Shown: positions 9,161 through 21,705 of the stretch, piece after piece
How positions within the stretch are numbered: position 1 is the stretch's first letter
How the letters are laid out: the number at the start of each line of letters is the position of its first letter
Origin: Raja brachyura
Lineage: Eukaryota
DNA: 64,000 bases
Direction of reading: 5' to 3'
Assembly (NCBI GenBank): GCA_963514005.1
Contig: OY740782.1
Span: 76,136,001 to 76,200,000, forward strand
Position numbers and translations under genes: made by a program
Notes under the pieces: model-generated
What the model was told of the DNA's origin: nothing
Databases searched by the model: none
The model's input: the letters and a program-made list of their open reading frames with translations, nothing else

Positions 9161-12100
9161 GACACAACAACCCTCCTCTCCCGTAACTTCCAACCACCTA
9201 CCTTTACTGTTACCATTTTAAACCTGGAAACAGTGCAAATATCTGAACCAGTTTGGCAGCATGTACTAATGCCTTTCGTGGGTGTCTGGAAAACCGAACC
9301 ATGATTATTTCTGTACATTAATCCAACAAAGAAACAAACATGAAACAGCACATTTAGCTGGGGATAAAATCAATAGTACGAGCTATTTCCTTTTCAAAAA
9401 AGGAAGTTAGAGATTATATTTTAAATCTTTTGTTATTTTTAGCTCTAACCTTTACACAAATGTAACTTTTGCAAAAGTGTTGCACAAATTAAACATGTTG
9501 TATGTTGTGCTTTACAGCATATCTTGCGTTGTTTCTTAGTGGCTTTTCGACTCAATCATGAGGTTTACCAAACAGAAAAGAAAGTAACTGAGAATAGTCC
9601 ACCGCGTTGATATAATCAACCTATTCTTTATAGAGACAGGATGAACCACTTTCTATTAATCTTTATTGGACCTTTATTATATGTTGAGAATTGTATCAAT
9701 TGATTGCGAGATGAAGCAGCATGCAACACTCGTTTTCTATATTATCTGGTATTCTTTATTATCTCTTGTAATTGGGCAGATCTGTGAATTCAAAGAAGGA
9801 AACACACACGCTCCCTGTTCAATTGTCTTTGAAACCACAAATCAGCCTTCTTTGTTAAAGCGTCTCTGCAACTAGACACAGCCAATAATTAGGTCAGTTA
9901 ACAGAGAAAAGCAGTATAAAATAAATAATCTGACATTTTTTAAGCAAATCGAAGTGATTAAAAATCACATAATATATTTTAAGCATCACGTCCTAATGTA
10001 AACGTGTTTTGTTACAATGCGATTTATTTTCCTGAATGATTGCGCTTTTGTACCTAGCTCTGAGAAATGAGGAAACGGTTTCATGTTTCATTTACATGTG
10101 CTGTTGCTTCCATGGATTATAAAATATATTTAAAAAATCTGAATGGGGCTTCAATGTAGTTCATTAACTACAAACACCCGTCGTTTATATATAAGCGCAT
10201 TGTTCATGGGAAGGCGCATCCACTCAAAATACCGTTCCGCGTCCAGCTGAAAGGTGTTGCAGACACCAACTATTTGTGAGTGGAAATGTTAGTAAGAAGC
10301 ACCGAATGTCTATCTCACACGTTATCAGAATGGCCCAGCGCTGAGCAAGATGTGTGCTCCAGAAGATGCAAAAGATGCATTCATTTTATAATGTAACCAG
10401 CCCGTGCTTCCCAATGCAGATCTCCTCGAGCTCCGTATAATCAGTTGCTGTCGTACGCTAAAGAGGAAATTCTGGTTTCATTATCATAGTCTTGGATAAT
10501 ATCGGACCTGCACGTTTTATCAAACGAGTGTAATTGTTTTCTTAATCGATATGTCTTATGATGCACGAATAAACTTCCGTGACCTTATTTTTTGTTTGCA
10601 TATGACTGTCCTGAAACCAGATATTGGCAGTCGAATTAGCACTGATGCACGTCAAAGAATGGTTAAATTGAAAATACGGATCGCACGATATTAAAATTCG
10701 AGAGAAAAATAAACAGATGCTATGGTCCATACATGTAATAAGAGCCCAGAATATCAGAAGGCAAATTAAACCATGCATATTCGGTTAATTCAAAACTGTT
10801 TATCACGCATTTCTATTTCAGGACCTATATACCTATGTGTGTATACATAGATATATATAGTAAACATGTAATATATTATGCGTGTGTGTATACCTTACAT
10901 AAATACGTTTAGAAACCACGCGATTTTATGAAGAACAAATCAGATATCGACATTTTTTGCATAGATTCAACCCTGTAGTATATTTATGATAAGCAGATGA
11001 GCCATCTAATTTTCGTGGATCAATTGATTATTTTGTCGAACAGTGAGCAAATCCATGTTAGAGCCTCCATTCGTCGAACACGTCTTTCCTCTGGGTGTCA
11101 CATTAGGTCGCAGAATGTGACATTTTTAAAACGCCTGCTCAGCGGATTTACAGTGTGTACGTATTAGGTGAAAAAAAAATATCAATTTATAGTGCATTAA
11201 TTTTAAAGTGCGGAATAGGTCAAAACCTTCTCCCGATTAGATTTTAACATTGCTACATTTAGATTTATTTAATATTGAATACAAAACTTGGTAAAAGAAC
11301 GTGGCAGATTAGAGTGACAATAGATTCATTGGGGCGGATTGCGATTGTGTGCAAAGTTCTAATGTTTTCGCTTTCAGGAAATACATAGACAGCGTTATTG
11401 ATTTGCCTACTTATTCTATGATGTAAACACTATTAGAACATGGTGGCGAATTATGCAGGATATAAGATGATATAGCCTGGTTGGAAGGTGGGAGCACCTT
11501 GTCCCACTGGAGGGGCTGGGCGAGATTCACCCTTCCCAGAGCCAGGGGACTGCGCTTGAATTCCTGAAAAGTAACATAATTGATCACACTTTGGCTTTGG
11601 TGCTGAATAAAGAAGGTTTACACCAATGGCCACGCAATTTATTGCCGAAGAAAAATAGGATATCTCCAAAATAAACTCTCAATTTTTATTTTCTTTATCC
11701 TTTCAAGCAATCTATCAATGACAGCTTTTACTTCCGAAGTTATGGCCGTAGCAGTTATTGATTTTCTTAAATTATTGTTATTGCATTAGCACTTAATACG
11801 TGTTTTTAATAATTGATTTTACAATTTTTTATAGCTCCTATCATATGAATCAAGTCCATATTACGGTTACGTATATTACAAGATGAAGATTTCTTGGGGT
11901 TTTGCTTTGTGTAAATCAAGACAGGAAAATCGGTTTTACCGATGAGGGACATGAGCTGATTTAATTTAAGCTCTTACATCGAGAATAACATTATGCAAGG
12001 TCTTCTTTCTTATCTCTTCTGGACGTCGGTACTTCGTAAATTTGGAACCATTAGGTTAGCGAGCACAAAGGAAATGTATCTATCTACCTGAAGCCGGGTC

Positions 12101-14018
12101 AGAGAGAGCGACAAGGGCCAGAAACTCTCTTTGCGGATATGCACCACGGCAATGGAAAACTGCCTGTGTGAATTTGTGCCCTTAACTTTACAGTTACAGC
12201 ATTTTGAGTGTTTAAACTAATTTAAATTGGCCAATTAAATCAGTTGAAAATGAGCCTATTGAAATTGATGTAGGCATGTAAACTGGCTTTGAGGCACAGC
12301 CTCCCTAATGAAACACTGTAATGAAAACAACCAGCTGTTCACAGCGCACTTTTCTCTTTATTGATCCTCTGAGGGCCGTGGCAGCTCTTTGCCACATTAA
12401 AAAAAAATGTTTCAAAATTTAAACACTCTTCACTCATCTTACGGTTGGTATGTTTATTTTAATTCATATTGAAATCCACAAACTGCCGTATCCTCAGATA
12501 AACCCGACTTAAACAATGTCCCTAGTTTCTGTGAGTCACAAAGGAAATTATCCGGTTTCACCTGGTATACCAAGCAGATCGAGATCCATCAGGCAGCCAG
12601 CCCCGCTGGCCCGGGAGCTGGGTGCAGATTGATGTTGCAGTGGTACACACCTGGCCCAAGCTCATTGCTTAATAGGCTTATTACACTGTCACTCAATCAC
12701 TTTTGTTTCACCAATGGCAAGAGACTCCTTCAGCTGGCAGGAGTGAAAAACTGCACTATTTACATTGTGTTATATTCTGAAATTACCTGTAGGGTAACTT
12801 CACACAACTTGGGTTTAGTTTTTGTATTTTCCCAAAGTGTAGTTGTCAAGTATGAGGGAAAGAACACAAGGTCAGTATATCAATTCACTCAAGTACTGTA
12901 CCACATCTACCAGCTGCTGTACACAATGGTCACTGTCAGACCAAAATGACTAACTATATAATGGACCAAGGCAGAAGCATGATTAGACAGCACTGCTGTC
13001 TCTTTGCACTCTAACCTCTCAGTGTATAAGTTAAACATGCTAATGAATCTATTTGATGTGTCACGTAAAACTGATGCAGTTTAAATCTTGATGTTGATCT
13101 CACTTTTAGTTGACACTGTTCCTTTTAGCTGGTTTGTTCAGGTCAGATCCCAATTCATACAAAAAGGTGTTGGACAAGCAATGCAACTCAACACCATCAT
13201 CAGAGATAGAAAAGCCAAATAAAACAGTGTAGTGTAGTAGATCTGGCTGCAGGCATTTTCATTTTGGACATGAATATTTAGTATGGAGACAAAAGTATGA
13301 AAATAAATTCTGAAGAGACAAACACTCCTCTGATACAGGACATGTCCAGATTTAAGTCGAGGAATCATTTCAAAGATAAAATTCTGTAGCCTCAATATAA
13401 AGTATGAAACAGCTTATTTGTGATGATGAGTCGTGCAGTCATTAAATCAATAATGTTTGAAGAATGAACCTCAGCATTTTCTAACCTAAAGAATTATCAC
13501 TATTTCATTTGTTCAAGTGCTGTAAAGGTTAATATCTAAGGTATGTTATGATAGAAAAAGGCAACATTCTTTACTGACATTTACCATTTGCTGCAGCAGA
13601 TGGTCTTTCCTTAAGTGGTGCTTTTTGTGCAATAACAAAAGCCAAAAGGCCTCATTGAAACACTGTGTCATGAAGTAATGGAATATGTAGGGTCTAGGCT
13701 GGAAATGCACAATGAATCGAGAAGGTTTTTATGTAATTAATTGACCAGTCTTAAATAGTTACTGTGATGTAAGGAATTTGGAACTCATTAATTTGGGCCC
13801 TGACAGTTTTCATATTAGGACTGGCAAAAATGAATTGGAACGCTCATTCTTTGTAACAGTTAGAATTTTACATGACAGTGAAGTTTAGCAGAAAAAGACC
13901 CTGTGTCAGAACATAGCTGCCTCGCCTGCAATCATCAGCTCTGCTGGGTAATAAAAGGTAATGAAAAAGACGGAAAATAATAACAGAATTCCTTGATGTT
14001 ATATTAAAGGGAAACAGA

Positions 14019-14032
14019 CCAGCAGAGGGCAG
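14019..14032 (+). promoter_or_regulatory. CTCF core motif
   Basis: CCAGCAGAGGGCAG fully matches CCASYAGRKGGCRS. A weaker GGGGGCAG site follows at ~14048. Confidence 0.6.
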
Positions 14033-14184
14033 CTGTCACTACCTTTTGGGGGCAGTGATGCTGTAAACTGCAACTTAAAGATGAATAGAATTTATAAGGA
14101 AAGGAGTGTTGATCTGGATCTATACTCTAGTCCTGACAAGTTAATTACAATATTACTCAAGCCAATCAGGAGAGCCATACCTAG

Positions 14185-14830
14185 CTAGTATATATTTCAA
14201 GAGGATTAGAATACAAAAACAGGGATGTAATGCTGAAGCTCTATAAGTCGCTGGTAAGGCCGCATTTGGAGTATTGTGAGCAATTTTGGGCACCATATCT
14301 GAGGAAGGATGTGGTGGCTCTGGAGAGGGTCCAGAGGAGGTTTACAAGAATAACCCCAGGAATGAGTGGGTTAACATATGATGAGCATTTGATGGTGCTG
14401 GGCCTGTACTCGCTGGAGTTTGGAAGGATAAGGGGGGACCTCATTGAAACATATCAAATAGTGAAAGGCTTGGATAGAATGGATGTGGAGAGGATGTTTC
14501 CACTAGTGGGAGAGTCTAGGACTAGAGTTCATAGCCTCAGAATTAAAGGACGTTCCTTTAGGAAGATGAGGAGGAATTTCTTTAGTCAGAGGGTGGTGAA
14601 TCTGTGGCAGTCTTTGTCCCAGAAGGCTGTGGAGATCAAGTCAATGGATATTTTAAAGACAGAGATCGATAGATTCTTGATTAGTACACATGCCAAGGAT
14701 TGTGGGGAGAAGGCAGAATGGGGTTAGGAGGTTAGGGCTATGAGAGATAGATCAGCCATGATTGAATAGCGGAGTACACTTGATGGGCCAAATGGCCTAA
14801 TTCTGCTTCTATCACTTATGACCTTATGAC
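14185..14830 (+). mobile_element. 5'-truncated CR1 LINE (ORF2 C-terminus + 3' UTR, cttatga tail)
   Basis: ORF 14230-14727 LYKSLVRPHLEYC..W.P...LERVQRRFT...RGDLIE...FFSQRVVNLW. Tail cttatgaccttatgacc. Confidence 0.95.
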
Positions 14831-14959
14831 CAACTCTTACTACTAGCCTTTTAATTTAGAGGTGAATAGGCAGAAATGACCTATGTTGAAATGGAGGCCT
14901 CTTTCTCATTTTACTCACACCCTGACACTACCTACTACTAAGTCCACTCAGCAGTGTCA

Positions 14960-16030
14960 TACTCATACAGTGACTAAACAGGCCCGTTGGCCCAATTCAT
15001 CTACACTGACATAGGTGCCTATCTACGGTAGTTTCATTTGCTTGCATTTGATTCCTCTAATCCTTTCCCATTCATGCACTGGCTTAAATATCTTTTAAAT
15101 ATTGTCGTTGTACCCACCTTAACCACTTCTTATGGCAACTCATTGTAAATATGTACTACCCTCATTGTGAAGATGTTGCCCATCCGGTTCCTATTATCTT
15201 TCCCCTCCCAGCTTAAACCTATGCCATTTAGTTCTTGATTCCCTAACCCAGGGAAGAAAGATTACATCCCCTCTCTATGCTCATCATGATATTATCCACG
15301 TCTGTAAAATTGTCCCTCAGTCTCCTATGCTCTAAGAAATAAAGTCTAAGCCTGTCAAATCTCGCACTCTATCTCTCAAATCCTGGCAACATCCTCATTT
15401 TTTTCTGTACTCTTTCTAGTTTAATGACATATTTCCTATGCAGGATGACCAAAATGACCACTATGTGCACAACGTCTACCTGTGATACCACTTTCAGAAA
15501 ACGTATACTCCTAGGTCCCTCTGTTCTACAACATCCCAGGGTCCTTCATTTCACTGTGAAATTCCTATCCTACCTTGACCTCCCAAAATACAGACCTCCA
15601 TTTAGCTGTATTAAAATCCATTTGCCATACTTTGGTCCACCTTGACAGTTGATCATTATCCCACTGTGATTCCTGATAACCTTCTTCACAGTCTATAATA
15701 CCAACTATTTTAGTATGATCTGCAAATTCACTTACCATGTCTTATACATTCTCAACCAAATCATTGATATAAACCACAAGCAATAAAAGCGCCAGTATCC
15801 CCTTATCCCCCCTCCCCTTTTTGTCTTGTTTTTGCACTGAGTAGGAGCAGTTTTTAATCTCACTGTACATGTGTATAGTGACAATAAAAGGCATTCTGAT
15901 TCTGATTCAGTACTGACCCCCTGAGGTATAGTATTAGTCATAGATTTTCAGTCCAGTAAAACAATCTTCCTCCATCACCCTCTGCTTCCTACCATCAAGC
16001 CAATTATGTTTCCAGTAAGCCTTTACCATG
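14960..16030 (-). mobile_element. Old CR1 LINE fragment
   Basis: Reverse complement of the CR1 3' UTR (aggcccgttggcccaa) and degraded RT region (tttagtatgatctgcaaatt = KFAD). Confidence 0.8.
15810..15910 (+). mobile_element. Rex1/Babar-type LINE 3' tail nested in CR1
   Basis: cactgtac...gtgacaataaaaggc followed by (attctg)n. Confidence 0.6.
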
Positions 16031-16954
16031 TTGGATAATAAAGATAATAAAGAGCATGTATTTGGAAAATATAATAAATGTCTAGTAAAAATATGTATAC
16101 ATTTTACTTGGGATTGACGGTGTGTAACTAGAACTGGACCTATATTAAAAAGTTGTTACATTTGTTTAAATCATTAAAATAGGGAGGGGATCTCAATATA
16201 TTTCAATTCAATTATAGCAAGCATTCACTTTAAAATCAATTTAACCCCATAAAGAACAGGTTTTGCCTATGATTCACTCCAAAAAAAAAGCATACCTATA
16301 ATACTTTGAAGAGTATCTCATAATTTACAGGAGCAAACATTAAATACTCTAGAGGAAATTTGAATGACCTATAGGCTGCTCTTACTTTTCTCTTTAAATC
16401 ATTTTTATATGCTACATCTGTTAATAACTGAATGCTATTTCCTTTGCTCAGTCCAGAATGATGGTCCAGAACTAACAGATATATTCCTTTGAATGTTTCA
16501 TTATCATTAGTTTAGCTTTTACAGTTTTGTCATTTTCATGTCGTCCTTTCTCTTCATACACTGTAGGAACTTAGGTTTGCATGAAAAGAGATTTGTCTGT
16601 ATTTCCTTAGGAGCAAATTGTTTAGAAATGATGTATCAAACTAGCCACAGTGCCATATGCAAACGTCTGTCAAGATTTTATCTAAAACTTGAATGAACAA
16701 GTTTTATTTGAAATTTCAGAAAATGAAATATTATTTGTAAAACACAGGCTGACTGGTTACATCATTAAACAGATTTTGTAAACTTATGTGTTGTCTTGCA
16801 ACTTTTAAGTTCATATAAATTTTACATCGCTGCATAGTGTTTGCTGGACAGCTAATTAGCTAAAGTCAAATAGATGGTGATTTGCTGTGTGGTGTGTGTT
16901 GTTAATTATATAAACCGATTATAGAGACACGGGGAGCTTCCTTTGAAAAATACT

Positions 16955-17232
16955 TGAAAATGAGACCTGCCTGCCCTCTTGGGTAGATATAAATGATTAC
17001 ACAGCATTATTCTGAGAAGAGCAGGGGGAATCTACCGATATCCGGGCCAACACTTCTTCATCATCAAACATCAGTAAATCTGTTTATTTAGACATTGCTA
17101 TTTATGGGACCTTGCTGTGTAAAAATCAGCTGTTCAGGAGCAAAAGAGCCCACTCCTCATGAGCAATGAGTAAAGCACATTAGGTTTATTCATGATCATT
17201 GAAGTAGTTTTGTAAAGGCAAGTTCTTCCTTT
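16955..17232 (+). mobile_element. Deu-domain SINE (SacSINE1/AmnSINE1-like) relic
   Basis: gagaagagcaggggg...gggccaacac...cattgctatttatgggaccttgctgtg resembles the Deu central domain. Confidence 0.7.
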
Positions 17233-17589
17233 TTATCAATTGTTAGATGAGAGCTTCAGATTATCTTTAAAATAAAATAATCCTGTGAGTAGATATGCTT
17301 TAAATTCAGATCTGTATGAAGCATAACCAGTACCTTAAATTGTGCTGTTTGATTAAAATATATGTTAGCTTAATGTGCTAAATGAAATTCCTGTGCTCAT
17401 TTTCTAGAGGTATGACTTGATTAATCTGAAATGGGGTAAAGCTTCTGCTAAAGTATTAGAGAGAAATCTGAGACAAATATAGTGAGTGTTTATTTGGAAT
17501 TCATCCATGCTGTGAATTTGAAGTCTGTATATTTTCAACTAAAGTGCATGTAATTAGTTATTTTGCAGATCATAAATATCCTAGGTTTG

Positions 17590-17890
17590 ATCGTTGCTGT
17601 TTTCGCTGAACTCCAGGCTGGAAGTGAGGGTGTGACATTTGATCTGACCTTCCCCAGGCTAGGAAGAATAAAAATCAGCCAAGGTTTACCTGTTTAAGGT
17701 TTTCATCCATTATCTCCTACTGATAAGTGTATTTGTTGTACTGGCTAAAGGATTGGATAGAATTTAACTTTGATATTGACAGCTAATTTATGAATGAAAT
17801 GGCATCTAAGAATCACAGTACTGTATATGTTGAATAGATGAGCAATGGCCACATGAGAGAGAACTGCTGATGCCTATGGAACCATATAAT
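17590..17890 (+). repeat. Ancient SINE-like interspersed repeat (family uncertain)
   Basis: cccaggctaggaag..aaaatcagccaagg and gatgcctatggaacc motifs recalled from chondrichthyan repeats. Not verified. Confidence 0.35.
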
Positions 17891-20800
17891 TTACCACCAT
17901 CAGGAAAGATAGGGGCAGAAAAAGACATTGAGTAAAAAGTGAGAAACAAAATTATTGACATTAAATTATTAAATGTCTTTGTGGAGGCAAATACTATACT
18001 ACACTGTTGTTATCATACGTGATTTGCCTGGAATTGTTTTTCTGGATGAGTAGTTGAGAGGAGGTTTGGCTGTGTGTAAGTAAAGATCCTGGGTCAAACC
18101 TATAGGGAAAGGGAGAGTCAATAGCTCTTGAGCACATTATTATTTGTGATGGTGCATTATCAACATGAGCTAATGACAATTATTACTTAAACTTTAGTTA
18201 GACAACTTATGGTAGTAACATATTTATTTCTACTTAGGATGTGAATGCACACTATTGAATGAGGATAGTGACTGTGATCTGGAGTTAGTCTCATACAATG
18301 CATTTGGAATGAGGGATGTTTACACTGTTTGTAAATTGATGAAATGGATAAACCACACTGCATCAATCCATTGGTAATGACTGCCATTTTCCAATTCTGT
18401 ACAGCGGTATTTTGAGATTTGATATAATATAAATTATAGTAGGCAAATATATCCAGCTCTTCAGGAATAGCTAGAATCTCCAGCAATCAGCAATGAATCT
18501 CCCTGTTGATGTATAAGCAAATTAGGAGGAAAAAAATAGGAAAATTAAACAAAAGACTGACTGGCCCAATGCCCTCACCTAGGATCACTGCCAGTGGACT
18601 GGGGAGAGGAGGTGAAGAATGAGGCTGGCTAAGCAGACACAGGAAACCAACTATGAAAATCAGAATATAAATAGTTAAAATGGCTAAGGAAAGAAATGAA
18701 TTAAAATGGAGAAAGGGGATGACGGAGGCAGTGAATTGCATTTTGCGATTGCATCAGGTTTGCTACTGCTTGAACACGTGGAGCTCCAACACGTTTCCTC
18801 CCTCTGAATTATTACGTGTTGAATACTGAAATATGGAGGTATATGCTCTGAGGTTATAAACATGCCTGATTGAAGCAAACATGAAGGGATGTTGTTTCAC
18901 CGGTTTAACTGTGTGTTAATATTCTTCTAGGAACATTTAAACCTTGAAGGAAATATAACTGTTGGTGGATTGCAGATGGTGAGAATAACTTTGGAGCGAT
19001 GATTACATGTGACTAAGGGATGTTATGGGGAGTGTTACTGGAAAAAAGTAACAATGGGATTGGAAAGACTAGAGTTGGTGGGAGGTATACACATGTTTAA
19101 ATATGGTGCCCACTTGTCAGTGCTGAGAATGGAAAGTAAATTTAGAAGCTGAAGGTACTCACAGAGCATATCTAAGAGAAAACAAAATCTTGGTTCTTGC
19201 AGTTATATTTAAAAAATGTTGATAGAGGATGAATATAAATATTGCAGATTAGTTTAATTGTGGCTGTTTTATACAAATGCAATGCACAATAGAGATTTTG
19301 GAAATTCCAATGTATTTTTTCAGCTTTCCTCTCTCTCAGTTGACTTTATGTTAATAAATTAAATTACTAATATATTCATTATATTATTGAATTAATATAA
19401 TTACATGAACAGAATTCTTTTTTTTTTTCATATGATCTAGAAGAAATATTTTTTTCATATGATCCAGAAGACATTAATGAATATTTGGATACATTTCTAA
19501 ATTTAATCATGACCAAGGAATGATTTAGGGAAGTGTTACAAAAGAATGTAAGACTGGCAGACATTGCTGGTATGTTGCATAGTAATGTATAATACAGTAT
19601 GGTTCAGTAGTAAGCTGTAAGTCAATTTCTAGGTCAAGAGACAGATGTTCAGCTTCAGGCTGTGAGTGGGAGAATTTACCAGTGAATGTATTCTCAGGCT
19701 CAGACTTCATTTGGGATGCTCTGATGGAAGGATAACCAAACACATTGCTGTCACAGACTGCTGCACATACTCACTTATTTAACTACTTGATACATTCATT
19801 ACTCCCCCTGCACAAAGATTTTTTTGCATTATGACTCCTTTAGCTTTATGAAGCTAAAAATAAAGTTGTTTAAAGCTTTTAAAAACAATTCTTTTGAGTA
19901 AATGTTTGTAGTTGTGTAGATGGTTGAAGAGTTTGTGCAATTAGTTGAACCCCCAGCTTATGTTGCAGCAGGTCTGCTAGTAAGTACACTTAACTCTGAG
20001 GTCACCTTCAATTATGTCTTTATGAGGACAAAGAAAAAAATATTATCAGTATTAGCAAAGGGTTAAAATTGATCCTGGCATAAAGGTGGTCTGCTATTAA
20101 AAAGAAGTGTTACATTTCATGGTTAATATAATGGTCATCACTGTAAGAAAGAGTGTTTCCTCAGGAAGCAGCCTGTCCAACAACGCAGAACAGTAAATGC
20201 TGGAAATTCTTAGCTGTTCAGGGAGTATCCGTGGAGAGGGGAGCAGCGTTAATGTTTCAGGTTGATGACCATTCATTAGTAATCAAAGATACTTTCCACA
20301 ATCATCCTGCTTTTTCCTTGCCTTCAGACGTACCAAATAAATGAAAGTATTTTAGCAATTGCAGGTGGGGGAACGGAGGTCTTATTTAGAGCTCTTTCTG
20401 CACAGTAACACACGATAAATTTGAAATATGGTTCACTGGCAGAACAAATAATTTGGGACAAGGACAATTCAAGAAATGTATGTAATCCTGGTTGTGGGAA
20501 TTTTGTAATTTCTGGGCATTAGGGTCAGCTCGTGAGACAATGATGAATTTTAGCAGGGCCTTTGTGTTTGTAATGATCTTCATTAAAATTTAATTAGATT
20601 CAAATGGATATTAAAATATTTAATTTTACGATTGCATGAATACCATAAATAGAATATGCTATGGAGAGCAGTGAACTCTTCTTTTAATTCCATCTCATGA
20701 AATGAAACAGAACTCAGTTATTGAAATAAAAGTTCATTTTACTGTGCCAAACCCTAACTTTAATTGAGTCCACATTAGCGGACATTTCATAATTTTGCTT

Positions 20801-20974
20801 ACTGTATTAAATAATGATTTGCATTTATTATTTTTATTGCATCATGTGTGAACTTGAGGCTGTCAACCATGCCGAGGATAATTGGCTGGATTATATTTGT
20901 CACCAAAATGCCACGGCATAACTTGCCAAGTTGGTGGTGCAGTTGATGGCCATGCGATCACTGCAACATGTGTC

Positions 20975-21705
20975 AACCATGGCACAGCTGGAACTCTCTC
21001 CCCTGTTAGGAAGTTGACGGTTCAAGTAAATTAGTGTACTAATTTTGACGCTGAGACTGTACTACACTGAATGTAGGGCCTTGTCATTTCTGGATGCAAT
21101 TCTAATTAATGCTCTCGCCAATCATCAGATGAATGCTAGAGATGTGATAGTAGTCGGCAAGGAGGTGCAGCGGTAGAGTTGCTGCCTTACAGCGCCAGAG
21201 GTCGGGTTTTTTCCTGACTATGGGTGCTGTCTGCATGCAGTTTGTACGTTGTGGGTTTTCCCCTGGTGCGCCGGTTTCCTCCGACACTCCAAAGACATAT
21301 AGGTTTGTAGGTTAATTGGCTTCAGTAAAGGTTGTACACTGTCCCTAGTGTGTAGAATAGTGCTAGTGATCAGGGATTTCTGGTTGCCATTGACCCGGTG
21401 GGCCGAAGGGCCAGTTTCTGCACTGTATCTCTAAATTGATAAACTCTAAACTAATAATATATTTCAAGGAAGAGCAGTGTGTAGTATTTAGTATCCTATC
21501 TAAAACATCCTTTAATCAACATCACTAAAAACAGGTTACCTGGCCATTGTAACATTGCTGTTTCTGGCAGCCTGCTGTGTGTAAATTGTATACATAATTT
21601 CTTATGTGACAGCATTGATCATGCTTAATTTATTTCATTGGCTGTAAAATGCTTAAAAATGTTCATACATTTGAAAGACATTAAATAAATGCGATCTTCT
21701 TTTCC
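20975..21705 (+). mobile_element. Deu-domain SINE interrupted by an HE1 SINE
   Basis: Degraded head with ggttcaagt at ~21020. The Deu domain resumes after 21452 (ggaagagcag...cattgctgtttctggcagcctgctgtg) and ends aataaatgcgatcttctttt. Confidence 0.65.
21155..21452 (+). mobile_element. HE1-type V-SINE
   Basis: tRNA-like head (gcagcggtagagttgctgcc), V-domain (ggtgcgccggtttcctcc..ccaaagac..ggttaattggc), CR1-like tail gggccgaagggcc...ctaaact. Confidence 0.9.

Larger units (their letters stand above)
6940..12620. promoter_or_regulatory. AT-rich but CpG-retaining, nearly TE-free domain (putative non-methylated island)
   Basis: CG dinucleotides are visibly frequent here and scarce in the flanking unique DNA. 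Only a ~25-bp pLTR trace near 7610 interrupts it. Confidence 0.65.

Noticed and set aside
8883-9351. Alternative minus-strand ORFs 8962-9351 (129 aa) and 8883-9065 (60 aa)
   Set aside because: They start within or upstream of the promoter motifs (one ATG lies inside the X-box), so they are unlikely to be in the transcript. No homology recognised.
11500-11520. CTCF-like CCACTGGAGGGG (and CCAGCAGATGGA at ~42565, minus strand)
   Set aside because: Mismatches at core positions; too weak to call without ChIP data.
11590-11610. REST/RE1-like TTCAGCACC on the minus strand
   Set aside because: Only the left half-site matches; the GGACAG right half is absent.
21155-21230. tRNA genes at the SINE heads (also 43222, 58655)
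   Set aside because: These are tRNA-derived HE1 SINE heads continuing into the V-domain and LINE tail; no complete cloverleaf.
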